A stretch of 63,899 nucleotides of DNA, counting the filler, from Octopus bimaculoides (taxonomy: Eukaryota), in the NCBI RefSeq assembly GCF_001194135.2. It is 7 parts of 7 records of this genome, joined end to end, with 100 filler letters (N's around TTAATTAATTAA, not from the genome) between each part and the next. Parts side by side here need not be neighbours in the genome. Positions count along the whole stretch, not along the records: positions 32,968 to 41,848 come from NC_069000.1; positions 41,949 to 47,461 come from NC_068981.1; positions 47,562 to 59,454 come from NC_068983.1; 4 more parts are not named here. The stretch is one strand, 5' to 3'. Within the stretch, counting starts at the first letter, position 1. Each line of letters opens with the position of its first letter. Positions 39,755 through 51,303 of this stretch are shown here, in pieces. The position numbers and the translations under genes were made by a program. The notes under the pieces are model-generated. The model was not told the origin of the DNA and made no database searches. It was given only the letters and a program-made list of their open reading frames with translations.

Positions 39755-40165
39755 CATGAAATAATTAAAATCTACCCCGATTTAGTATTTCTATCACTGA
39801 ATCAAGACTGCGCATTTTAGAGCAGTTACTTCAGTGAAATCATAAAATCCACCCGGAATAGAAATAGTTAACATTGGCGCAAGGCCACACGTTTTTGGGA
39901 GTTACCTCCATAAAATGATACCCGTTTTAGTACCTTTGATATTGAGACAAGACTATGTATTTTCGGGAAGATATCGCCATGAATTCATAAAATCTACCCC
40001 GATTAAATGTTTCTAAAATTACTGCGAGAATACAATTCTGCAGAGTTACATCGATGAAATGATAATCTCTACCCCGATTCAGTATTTCTAAGAATGAGGT
40101 AAAACTATGTTTTGTGGTCGTTGCAAACATGAACTTATAAAACCCTCCCTGATATCTAACAGATA
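39755..40165 (+). repeat. Degenerate ~70-80-bp minisatellite, about 5.5 units
   Basis: Recurring catgaa.tcataaaatctaccccgatt.agtatttcta (near 39755, 39834, 39909, 39978, 40053, 40128), with weaker conservation across the rest of each unit. Confidence 0.8.
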
Positions 40166-40409
40166 TAAAACTAGATATACACACGGGTGGCGGATTAACA
40201 CAGAAACATTATATACGGGTATATGACTCCGCGTATGTGTATGCATGTGGCTTTTTTTCGTTTTTTTGCATGAGTGTGTGTTAATTTAAGTGGAATAATG
40301 AGGAATGACTACTCCATACAGCTGTAATGTTCCGTTGGTCAACTGTACACGCCAGAAGTTTGAAACTAAAGTGATTATTATCATTATAATCGTTATTATT
40401 ATTATTATT

Positions 40410-40685
40410 GGAGGCTGCGAGCGGGCAGAAACGTTAGCACGCCGGACGAAATGCTGAGCGGTATTTCGTCCGTCTTTACGATCTGAGTTCAAATTCCGCC
40501 GGGGACAACTTTGCCTTTCATCCCTTCCACTCCCCCCCCCCAAATTTCAGGTCTTGTGCTTTTAGTAGAAAGGATTATTACTGTTATCATCATCATTATT
40601 ATTCTTTTCTGCTCAAGGCCCGAAATTTTTGGGGGAAGGGGCCAGTCGATTAGATCGACCCCAGTACGCAACTGGTACTTAATTT
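40410..40685 (+). mobile_element. SINE family B head plus tail-to-tail inverted second copy
   Basis: gcgagcgggcagaaacgttagcacgccggacgaaatgc...tctgagttcaaattccgcc...ttgcctttcatcc head. The tail ccccaaatttcaggtcttgtgc faces an inverted tail gctcaaggcccgaaatttttggggg. Family also at 18899-19045(+), 39440-39600(-), 45635-45770(-), 52060-52210(+) and 56510-56680(-). Confidence 0.8.
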
Positions 40686-40987
40686 AGATATAGATATATG
40701 ACGCAAAACAGTGCAGTCGTTAGAGTGAGCCAAAAATGATGTGTAATCGATACTGATACAACGTTTTCGCGAAATGGTTGAACTTGGAGTGCAATGCCTC
40801 ACAATGTTGAAGCAGCGGAATATCCAGGATGAACGCCTGGAAAGAGAGATGATAGCACCAGCACTGAGAGGCGTTATTTCTTTACCAACGTGTAAATGCA
40901 TACACACATATATATGTATATGTGAGTGTATATGTGTGTGTGCGCGCGTGTGAGTGTGTGTGTACGCGAGTGTGTGTGTATATATGC

Positions 40988-41094
<107 letters not shown>

Positions 41095-41134
41095 TGTGTG
41101 TGTGTTGATGTGTGTATACTTGCATCAATCATTG

Positions 41135-41420
41135 TATTGTGACCATACTGGGGCACCGTTTGAAAGGTTCAGTGGAACAAATCAACCCCAGTGCTTATTT
41201 TTTAAAAGCCTGATACTTATTCTATCAGTCCCGTTTGATGAACCGCTATGTTACGCAGACGTAAATAATTCCACATCATTTTTCAAGCAATTGCTGGGAT
41301 ACACACGCAATCAAAAAACACACACACATTCATATATCTATAATTCATTCAGTTTCCGTCTACCAAACCCACTTTGGTCGACCCGAGGCTTGCTCAAGGT
41401 GCCACGCAGTGGGACTGAAC
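41135..41420 (-). mobile_element. SINE family A
   Basis: Reverse-complement family motifs (cagtttccgtctacc, cacgcagtgggactgaacc). Confidence 0.8.
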
Positions 41421-41795
41421 CAATGCATAGCTATGCCAACATTTCATAAATATGCATTTATATACATATACGAAATATTACACACACACGCACACATATA
41501 TATACACACACTTATAGGACAGGTTATAAATGTTTAATCAATGTATACAAAATCTGTACATATAAAAATGTATGTATACATATATCATATATATATATAT
41601 ATATTCCGATTTGAAGCGACAATTATTAAGTTGACCAAACGCTCACCCATCAATTTCATTCAGATTTAGTTAATATATACTTAAACTGTCTTGATACTGC
41701 ATAAATAATATTTTTTATAAACAGACCCGAAAGGCTTTGCGAGTTACCAGAGAAAGCTACTATGGAAAGCTCATATATGCATACATTTTGTAACG

Positions 41796-41847
<52 letters not shown>

Positions 41848-41948
41848 ANNNNNNNNNNNNNNNNNNNNNNNNNNNNNNNNNNNNNNNNNNNNTTAATTAA
41901 TTAANNNNNNNNNNNNNNNNNNNNNNNNNNNNNNNNNNNNNNNNNNNN

Positions 41949-41998
<50 letters not shown>

Positions 41999-42258
41999 AC
42001 ACCCGCATAACAGTTTGTCGCACAGTTGTCATCTCCGAAATTCGCAAGATATTGGTCGGCTAGAGTCTATAACAGTAGACACTAGTTCAATGTGTAGCGG
42101 ACTGGGATTGAACCCCAAACCACAGAGCTGTGAAGCAAGCCTTTTGACTTACAGCCATGCGTATGAGAAAGAAAACAAATTCACAATCCTTTAAGCTATA
42201 CATAAGAAACTCTTGGAATATAGAGACGCTTTTGCAATAGTAAACTAACTTTACTTAC

Positions 42259-42398
42259 CCTACGTGTGAGCTCACCAATCATTCCGTCCCAAGTTCCGTT
42301 CTTAAGCTTTTGGCCGTAGTTGCCATCCTTCACGATACGAAATATGTAATCTCTATGAATGATTCTCTTTAAATGCTCTGCCAGTTCCACACAGTATC
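42259..42398 (-). CDS. Ionotropic glutamate receptor (non-NMDA), next internal S1 exon
   Basis: attttcag acceptor, then 140 bp reading (G)YCVELAEHLKRIIHRDYIFRIVKDGNYGQKLKNGTWDGMIGELTRR, then gtaagt donor (acttac at 42253-42258). Joins the upstream exon as G|GA=Gly across a 4113-bp intron, giving the iGluR motifs YEGYCVEL, VKDGNYG and WDGMIGEL. Confidence 0.95.
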
Positions 42399-45300
42399 CT
42401 GAAAATTAAAATGAACATATCTATAAATTCACTTAAATTCTTACTGATTGTTTGTTATTTTACATGTAAATTGCATTATACGATTGCAAAACAAACTAAT
42501 GCATAATTTTTTTCTGTCTACAAAGATAATAAAAAACAGTGTTTATTTCTTTTTTTTATTTTAAAGCAAAATGACGGCTACTCCCAATGCATGTTTTGCC
42601 GCTTCATTTCTTGGGCTTGTATAATTTGATCTCCCCTGCCCCTACCGAGTCGATTGTACCTCTGCCTTTTTTCCCCGTTAGCCAACCTACCACTTCGATC
42701 TTGTTATTTTCACTTTCACCTCACCTCAACTCTACCCTTTCGCCGTAGGATCTTACCAGTCTAATTGTGCTACTCTCCACCTCTTCCCAAAGGATCACTT
42801 CTCCAACCTCAAGGTTCCACAACTAATGCAATGTATTGGTACATAGGTCCTTCTTCTTCCTTCGTACCCCACCTTGTTCACTCTTTTTTTAACCAGTCTT
42901 TTGAAACAAATCAACATTTATTTTTTATTACCTAATCATATTAGAAATCGCGACCATATTAAATTCAGAATTTGTAATTGGACATTCCCCATGTTCATAT
43001 GGTATGGCCGAGGAGGTTTACTGATAAGTAACGACAAATGAAATACTGGAGGTACTAACGTTCTATTCGTTTAAGTATGTAGTAATAGACCCAGCTACAA
43101 TTCCAATGAAGGCTGACTGCGGTTTTTTAACATACATTGCAGTTTTATTTAATAACTTTTACTAAAGAATGATGATAATGAAATTTCAATATCTACACTG
43201 TGAGAGACGCTCAGTTGTACTAAATAAACGAATTATAGAATTCTAAATTGCGTATAAATAAATATTTTGTTAAAATACTGTAGCATTGTGCAGTCACTGG
43301 ATATTGAAAGTACATAACTCAGCCAAAAGTTAAAGTTCATTGTCTCTTAGACTATTTTTCGTTACGCTATACTGATAAATTTTCTACCGGTAGGTTTTCA
43401 ACCACTGAACTCGCATTCAGTTGAAAATACATTAGTATTTAGATTGACACTCCACACTATTCTCGGAATAATCCATTAAATGAAGTTTTATATTGTCATA
43501 CCAATTAGATGAATTTTATGCCATAAACTACAATTTCTATTGAAATGTCAGATACGAACAATGTAGTTACTTTTTCCGTGTTTCTATATTTTCTGCGAGT
43601 AATTTAGATTTTATTTCCTCTTCTATGATTCCAATGGTTGATATTTACCAGGCGTAGAAAGGAGAACAATAGAAGTGTTCAGATTATATCAATATCGAGT
43701 AAAAAAAAAATCACCCTGTGATAGAGTTGCAAATCAGAGAATCACTGGTAGTTTCAAAGGAATATAGACAACGTCAATGAATACTCGACATAACCTAAAG
43801 ATTCCTTTACAAAGAACAACGGAAACAAATCTTGGCAGTCATAGACTGTAGGCAGAATAATCACATTCCTATACTATTTCAATAGGTTTAAATATTTTAT
43901 ATTTTATTGATTTGCTGCTTAGGTGCCATGAAAATATATAAACAGTAGCTGGCAATGTTAATATCCATTAATCATAATAGATAAATATTAAGTAAAAAAA
44001 ATATTTAGCAAATAACAATTTATAGTTTTTTTGCTTAATCCATAAGTATTGAGAAAAAAGATGAGACAAACGTTATTATTATTTTTCTTCTTTACAGACA
44101 CTTTGGAAATTAGGTAATTTAAGTGGTATAGAAATTTAATGGCTTTCTTTTATGTTCAAAGAAAAACATACTCTTTTAGTATAAGAAAAATGGCAATAAT
44201 TACGCATTTACGTCCTGAACACTTTTTGGGTATTTCATAAATGTTTGTATTTTTTGCAATAACTTCAGATACACGTGTAATTATACACCAATAAATACAC
44301 ATATATTTACATAATCATCACACAGAAGAGGATAGTACAGACGTTACGATTTTGCCTTACATCTGTAACCATAAGTAAATTTCTTCTATAATGTTCGTTC
44401 ATAAAAATATCTAAAGCTAATTAGACGAATTAATAGAGTAAACTATAATATTAATCAATAAAGCGCGTGATAATTATAAATTATATGAATCATTAAAAGA
44501 TTTCCGACATAAAACGAGTGGCAGAGATAGATTTAATTTAGATATAAAAATAAAACAAAATTGCCCATCGTTTGATGCACAGAGACCATTTAGAATTTAA
44601 ACATGCTAAGTAACCATATGATTCCGTTAGCTTTCCAAAATTCTTACTGCACTAGAAGTTACCGAGCAATAGCCCACGTTCGGGTGCGTGTGTGTTTGCG
44701 CTTATCTATGAGACACTGTTCGTGAAAATATCAAGTTACGTCCGGTTAATTGATTTTTATATGATTTATATATTTTCCTCTATATAATATTCTTTCAGGC
44801 ATTGATTGATAATTAACGAATCTCAACATTTTAGACGCTCATCTATTGATTTAATATAATTATTTAAGTGTTTATACTTCAATCTACTAGGGGTTACGTT
44901 TTATGACTTTTCCTATATACTATCACTGTCAATATGCATAAAATGTATGTTCTGTAAATGTAGTATAGTTATATGCAGTCATTAAGACTAACAATACAAG
45001 CATTGTTACTATACAACAGATTTTATGTCATTTATAATTATCTAGTGCAATACTGCAATCGTTAATGCTCTAATTCTTTGGACGTATATAACCACGACAT
45101 TTTAAACTCAAAATCTATATTTGTTTATATTCTCAAAATTTCTATATTAGTTGCGTATATTATAATAACATTATCCAGAAAATGCATCTCCAATTCATGC
45201 TCCTCTCCTGTAAAAAATATTTTTTTCATAGTCTGTCAATGCAACGGCGATGGATAGTTTCCGTTTGGTTTGTTTAAGTCACAAAAGAAGAGAGTTGTGT

Positions 45301-46061
45301 GAGCGATTAATAGATTTTTTTTTATCCCAATGGATATCGCAGCTAACATACTAGATGAACGCATTTAAAAAGTATGGGACGAAGATTTGCAATTATATTC
45401 TATACATAATACTGTTGAGGATATTGGATTGGGTTGGATTGCCTATGTTCAGTCCACTGCAGCACGAAGGTTTCAGCATGTTCTCTCTACCAGCCACGGT
45501 CTGAGGCCATGAATTTGAGCTTGAGATCATATTGGTTTGATGAGCCTACGCTGCCAAACTATCTCGACATTGCTTAGCATTAGGGCGCAGTTTTTATACT
45601 CATGCCTGAGAATAGCTGAATAGATTTCAAACAACCCAGCGCTTAACTAGTACTTATTTTATCGACCCCGAAGGGATGAAAGGCAAAGTTTAAACTCGTA
45701 ACGTAAAATCGGACGAAATACTGCGAAGCATTTCGCCCTGAATGCTAACGATTCTGTCAGCCCGCCACCTGTAGAGGATATATTCGCATTAATATCTGCA
45801 TACATCAGTCAAGTTTTATATAACATATTACACGATATACTATTAGAATGCAGCTAAAACGACAGAAGATAGAACAAGATTTACTTGGATATATTCGACG
45901 ATCTCATTGATGTACTGTATTAATGACGTTTAATTATCTACCGCACTTTCATTTGTAAATGTTATTACAAGATACGCATATAGTAAAAAGTGACAGCATT
46001 TTTTAATGCTATAGATTTATTATTCGATCTTTTTAGTATTAAGTGGTATTATGTTTAAGTG

Positions 46062-46290
46062 AAGTCGCATGGCTCAGTGGTTACAGCGGCGAGTTTACGA
46101 TCGTGAGGTTGTGAGTTCGAATCCCGGACCGGGCTGCGTGTTGTGTTCTTGAGCAAGACACTTAATTTCACGTTGCTCCAGTTCACTCAGCTGTAGAAAT
46201 GAGTTGTAACGTCACTTGTGCCAAGCTGTATCGGCCTTTGCCTTTCTCTTGAATAACATCAGTGGCGTGGAAAAGAGAGGTTGGTATGCA
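46062..46290 (+). mobile_element. tRNA-derived SINE (family C-related) in the glutamate receptor intron
   Basis: tggctcagtggttacagc...gttcgaatccc head; cttgagcaagacacttaatttcacgttgctccagttcactcagctg core, also seen at 4598-4770. Confidence 0.85.
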
Positions 46291-46511
46291 TTAAAAACAA
46301 ACTTAAGTTGTGCTTTCGCCGGTGAGGCGACTTTCCACCCAGACTTGTACCATGGATGGGAAGCTCTTAGGTGCATCCATGGTCATTCGTGACCGACGAA
46401 TGAGACCGAAGTTGAGAGAGGTATTATGTTTAAGTACCTCGACAATTATTTTAAGTTTTTCATTTTTGACAACATGGCGGAGAAAAATAGAAATATTTGC
46501 GCTATACGAAC

Positions 46512-46584
46512 CCTCATACTTGTCGTTCCCAACTAATGGTTTGCCATCTGGTGCTGGCGATTTAAACATCAAGAATGGCGGGGA
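46512..46584 (-). CDS. Ionotropic glutamate receptor (non-NMDA, AMPA/kainate-like), internal exon at the start of the S1 ligand-binding segment
   Basis: Minus strand: ttttacattttttt-cag acceptor (ctg at 46585-46587), then 73 bp reading SPPFLMFKSPAPDGKPLVGNDKYE+G, then GT donor (GTTCGT). Resembles the GluA-type 'ESPYVM...LEGNERYEG' motif. The phase-1 end matches the next exon. Confidence 0.9.
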
Positions 46585-47425
46585 CTGAAAAAAATGTAAA
46601 AGAGAAGAAAATATGTAGATGATAATGATATATTTATTACCAGAAACAGATAATATTTTAATGGCAAATAATGATACATAAATAAAGCCAGGCAGTGCTG
46701 TAAAGCAAATTCAGTTTGCCTTCTAAAACATTTGCTATTACATCAATATACGTCTAAAATGCAAACACTTTCTATGGACCCACGAGACGATCCATAACTA
46801 AATATGGAAATATAAGAAAGGAAATAGTTCTACTGGAGGATAACTTGTAAATAGCAACTAGAATGCCAATATCTTCATAGCAATTAGTACAGATGGTGTT
46901 TGATATTTATGCATTTCCTAACATTATTCTAAATAAATATTAAAGTCTTGTAGCCACATCAGGGATCCTCAATAACAATGACATGCCACACTTCAACGGA
47001 ACTAGGAAATGCAGGTTATGATTAACGAAAGTGTTTCACATATTACAATAGCCAGCGATATTGCTTACTCGGATAACAGATGGAAGTGTGTAGTTATACT
47101 CAAAAATGATTCCTACTCGATAGCTCCAATTCCCTCAAATATACAAAACCATTAACGCCGCTGGTTACCTGACTTTTGATGACTGCATACCTAAAACCGG
47201 TAATTTAATCTGAAATCATGGTATCTCATTGTAGCAATACCAATACTCTACTGTGCTAGATATTTAACCACAATATCCACCATGGCCAATAGGATAGTGT
47301 CCATTCCTTTTCTGTCAATTCAGAAAATAACGACTTAACATATATACATGTGTGAAATGCACATGCACGCATGCCTGTGTATATGCATCACAAACACACA
47401 CACATGAATATATGTATATATATAA

Positions 47426-47461
<36 letters not shown>

Positions 47462-47561
47462 NNNNNNNNNNNNNNNNNNNNNNNNNNNNNNNNNNNNNNN
47501 NNNNNTTAATTAATTAANNNNNNNNNNNNNNNNNNNNNNNNNNNNNNNNNNNNNNNNNNNN

Positions 47562-47651
<90 letters not shown>

Positions 47652-47652
<1 letters not shown>

Positions 47653-47880
47653 CATCATCATCATCGTTTAACGCCCGTTTTCCATGCTGGCATGTGTTGG
47701 ACAGTTTGACTGAGGTCTGAAGAGCCAGCAGTTGCACCAGGCTCCAATCTGATCTGGCAATGATTCTACAGCTGGATGCCTTTCCTAATGCCAACCACTC
47801 CGAGAGTGTAGCGAACGCTTTTTTACGTGCCACCGGCACAGGAGCCAGTCAGGCGGCCCTGGCAACAATCACGTTTGGAT
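47652..47880 (-). mobile_element. RTE-tail repeat copy
   Basis: atcatcatcgtttaacgcccgttttccatgctggcatg...gctggatgcctttcctaatgccaaccactccgagagtgt is shared with copies at 59180 and 56805. Confidence 0.75.
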
Positions 47881-47904
47881 GGCGTGTGTATATATATATA
47901 TATA

Positions 47905-48335
47905 TTCTTTTATTCTTTTACTTACTTCAGTCATTTGACTGCAGCCATTCTGGAGCGTCACCTTTAGTCAAACAAATTGACCCCAGAACTTATTCTTTGT
48001 AAGCCTTGCACTTACTTTATCAGTCTGTTTTACTCAACAGCTAAGTTACAGCGACGTAAGCACACCAGCATAGGTTGTGAAACGATGGTGGGTGGGGGAA
48101 NNNNNNNNNNNNNNNNNNNNNNNNNNNNNNNNNNNNNNNNNNNNNNNNNNNNNNNNNNNNNNNNNNNNNNNNNNNNNNNNNNNNNNNNCAGTTTCCATCT
48201 ACCAAATCCACTCACAAGGCTTTGGTTGGCCTGAGGCTATAATAGAAGACACTTGCCCAGGGTGCCATGCAGTGGGACTGAACCCAGAACCATGTGGTTG
48301 GGAGGCAAGCTTCTTACCACACTGCCACTCCTGTG
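47905..48335 (-). mobile_element. SINE family A (spans gap)
   Basis: Reverse-complement family motifs on both sides of the gap. Confidence 0.85.
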
Positions 48336-49714
48336 CCTATATATACATATATACATAAAGTGTTTGTATACATGCCATCTTCAAAAATCTTTAACCCAGA
48401 TAAAATTAATTGTTATCATCAACCAATTCTTAATTATCCCAAACTATATTTTCCATAATAATTCACTGAAACATATCTTGATGTTTGTATGAAAAAAAAT
48501 TTCTAACATCTGAATTACATCTCTTAATGATGCCAACCAGCTGTCCTCTATTTCTATCCATTTCCCTTCCCAAAGAAATCCTCGTTGATGTAAATAAAGT
48601 TTTCATGTAGCATACATGCAGTAAGAAAGTAAAGAATTTGAATCTCTGATGGAAATCATTGCAGAAGATTTTAGTAATTCAGAACTCCTTTTTATTAAGA
48701 AAAAATATGCTTATACGAAGAAGTCTGTTAATTAGCTTATTCAAACTCAACGTTCTCCTCACTCCACTGCAAATATTATGGCAGCCATACCCAATTATCT
48801 CACTTAAGATCTCTTTGCCTTAAACAAGACCTCAAGGCATAGATAGATCCACTTCAGTATGGATAATTTCCTTTATTAAACCAACCAGCAGTTACCTGCT
48901 ACTTATCTCTGTTAGTGTTTCTCCATTCAATTCATTTCAATTTGCTTCTCTCATCTGTGCCTTTGGCAAATAACAGCATACAGCAATAAGGAATCTTTAA
49001 TCACATAACCTGCATTGACTGTCTGGAGTCTGTTCTGTTTACTAAGAAAGACCAAAAGTCTTTTTGTAGAACAGCATTGTAACTGAGGACAATCGCATAT
49101 CTGTTAGAACTGATAGGCTTTACAATGGAATGATGAACCACTCTGCATGTTAATGCAAAGAAAATTTTAAGTTTCAGCAGCTACTACCTCTGTCCAAACT
49201 TAGGAATAGCTTTGAAATCATAAGATTTAGGCATTTTGTTTCTGTTCAGGTATTTCATCATTGAGTTGCAATGAGGCTTGTATTCTTGGCTTGCTGGTAG
49301 ATTTATAATCATTCATGGTTTCATTCAGCTGAAGGAAGCTGAGACTTTTCAAAGACATAACCATCAAATGATTTTTGTGCTTCAGTTGTCATTCTGGTAG
49401 TTGTTTTGTCATTTGTTGCAAATATCTATTGTTTAGGATGTGGTTGTTTAGTCTTAGGTCAGCCCTGGTAGAACAGGCTTATGTATGTATGTATGTATGT
49501 ATGTATGTATGTATGTATGTATGTATGTATGTATGTATGTATGTATGTATGTATTAATGTATGTATGTGTGTGTGTGTGTGTGCGCACATTCATGCATAT
49601 GCATGCATGTGCATATGTATATGTGTATATATGTAAGTTCTCTTTTTAATTTAGAGTAAATTTTGAGTGGCCACCTACATGGTAGCAAGGTTGTAAAGGA
49701 AAGCATCTTACTTT

Positions 49715-50195
49715 GTTCATCATCCTTTAAATCTTAAGAAAGCCTTACATGTTTTTATAGTTCCAGATATTGTGATCATTTGTAGTGTATGTATTAAGAT
49801 TTGTCTTCTTGCCCCAAGAACCCAAGTTGAACCACACTTTGCTCAAGACAGGTTAGTATGTATCCTGTTACTGCAAGAATAATGGATATGAAACTGAAAG
49901 TGTAGCTTGGGTACTGGATTTGCAAACTCCTTATTAATCGTCCTTAGATGTCCTCTTTCTCTTGTATTTTTCGAACCATATTGGAGTCCAGAGGACAACA
50001 AAACATATCTTTTCTTTGTGGTCCCACACAACAATATCTGACCAGTAGTCTTTCAACTTGGTGGCTGTTTTAATCTTTAAGTTCCACCAATATTCTTTTG
50101 ATCCATCAGTCTCAATATAGTCAACTTTATCCGTAGTTGTTTTCTCTTCCTTATCTTTATCCTATTCCAGACCATTCTGACCACTGCATCATGAC
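49715..50195 (-). mobile_element. R4/NeSL-like non-LTR retrotransposon 3' end (restriction-like endonuclease)
   Basis: HDAVVRMVW, EYWWNLKIKTATK...SDIVVWDHKEKICFVV and terminal SGTIKTCKAFLRF resemble the RHD...PD-(D/E)xK RLE C-terminus. Confidence 0.7.
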
Positions 50196-50201
50196 TCATG
50201 G

Positions 50202-50627
50202 CAGCGCTGGATTAACCATCAAGCAAAATAAGCATGTGCTTAGGGCATCAAGGGAAGGAGGGGGCACCACAGAAATGGTAAATGGTCTATGGCACAAAAG
50301 AAATCACTTTAAACTTGCTAAAATAATATTCAGGATGCCTTTATCTCTACTAAGTATAGATGCAGATGTGTTACCTTAGGTTAATTTTGAGGATCTGATC
50401 AAAGACTTTGCAATTCAAAAAAGTAGGAAGAAACTTTTCAAATATAAATAAAGTGGAAGTATACAAAAATAAACATTATTTTCCCTCTTACTGTTTTGTT
50501 TCATTTTGAAAAATAAAAATTTATCTTATTGTTTGTTATTGTTTATATTTTGAATTACATAATCTTTTATGGGGGCAATAAAATCTTTTAAGTGCTTAGG
50601 GCCTTAATGGGTCTTAATCCGGCCCTG
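50202..50627. mobile_element. hAT-type non-autonomous element (426 bp)
   Basis: TIRs CAGCGCTGGATTAA / CAGGGCCGGATTAA; 8-bp TSD actcatgg / cctcatgg. Confidence 0.85.
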
Positions 50628-51229
50628 CCTCATGGGAACATAATATCTGAAAGACAATCTCTCGCAGTTGTACTCTAATTTCTACTTTAGTAGAGATCCT
50701 ACAGCTAGATGCCCTTCCTAATGCTGACCACTGGGTGCTTTGTTCAGTACAAACGAGGTTACTATGAGACAAACCAGTCACACATACAATATGGAAACTG
50801 ATACTCTTCAATTGAGTGGAACTACAGCAGAGAAGCGGGTGGCTCTGTGCTAGGAGATGAGAGATTAATAAAGTAAGACAAAAACACAACAGGTTTCTTG
50901 TTGCTTAGGAACAACATGTCTACTTACATTATAGAAGAGAAGGTGGGAGTAACTGGGGTAGAGCTGGAAAGAAAGATAAAAATAGGTGGGGATGAGGTAT
51001 CAGGGTAGAACCTCAAGGTATGCCATGAATAGAAGCGATTGGAGACAGTGGAACAGGAAGTGTCAGTGGGTAGAGGTTGCAAGAGTATATGAAAAAAGTG
51101 GGGAATGGGTCACCTGGGAAAATTTAATGAATGAAGAACAAGTACTGTAACTATTTATTCATTACTACCACTGTCATTTTCATCATCACCACCACCACCA
51201 CCACCACCACCATCATCATCACCACCACT

Positions 51230-51303
<74 letters not shown>

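Noticed and set aside
39755-40165. CRISPR-like appearance of the repeat array
   Set aside because: Eukaryotic context, poorly conserved repeats, homologous 'spacers' and no cas genes.
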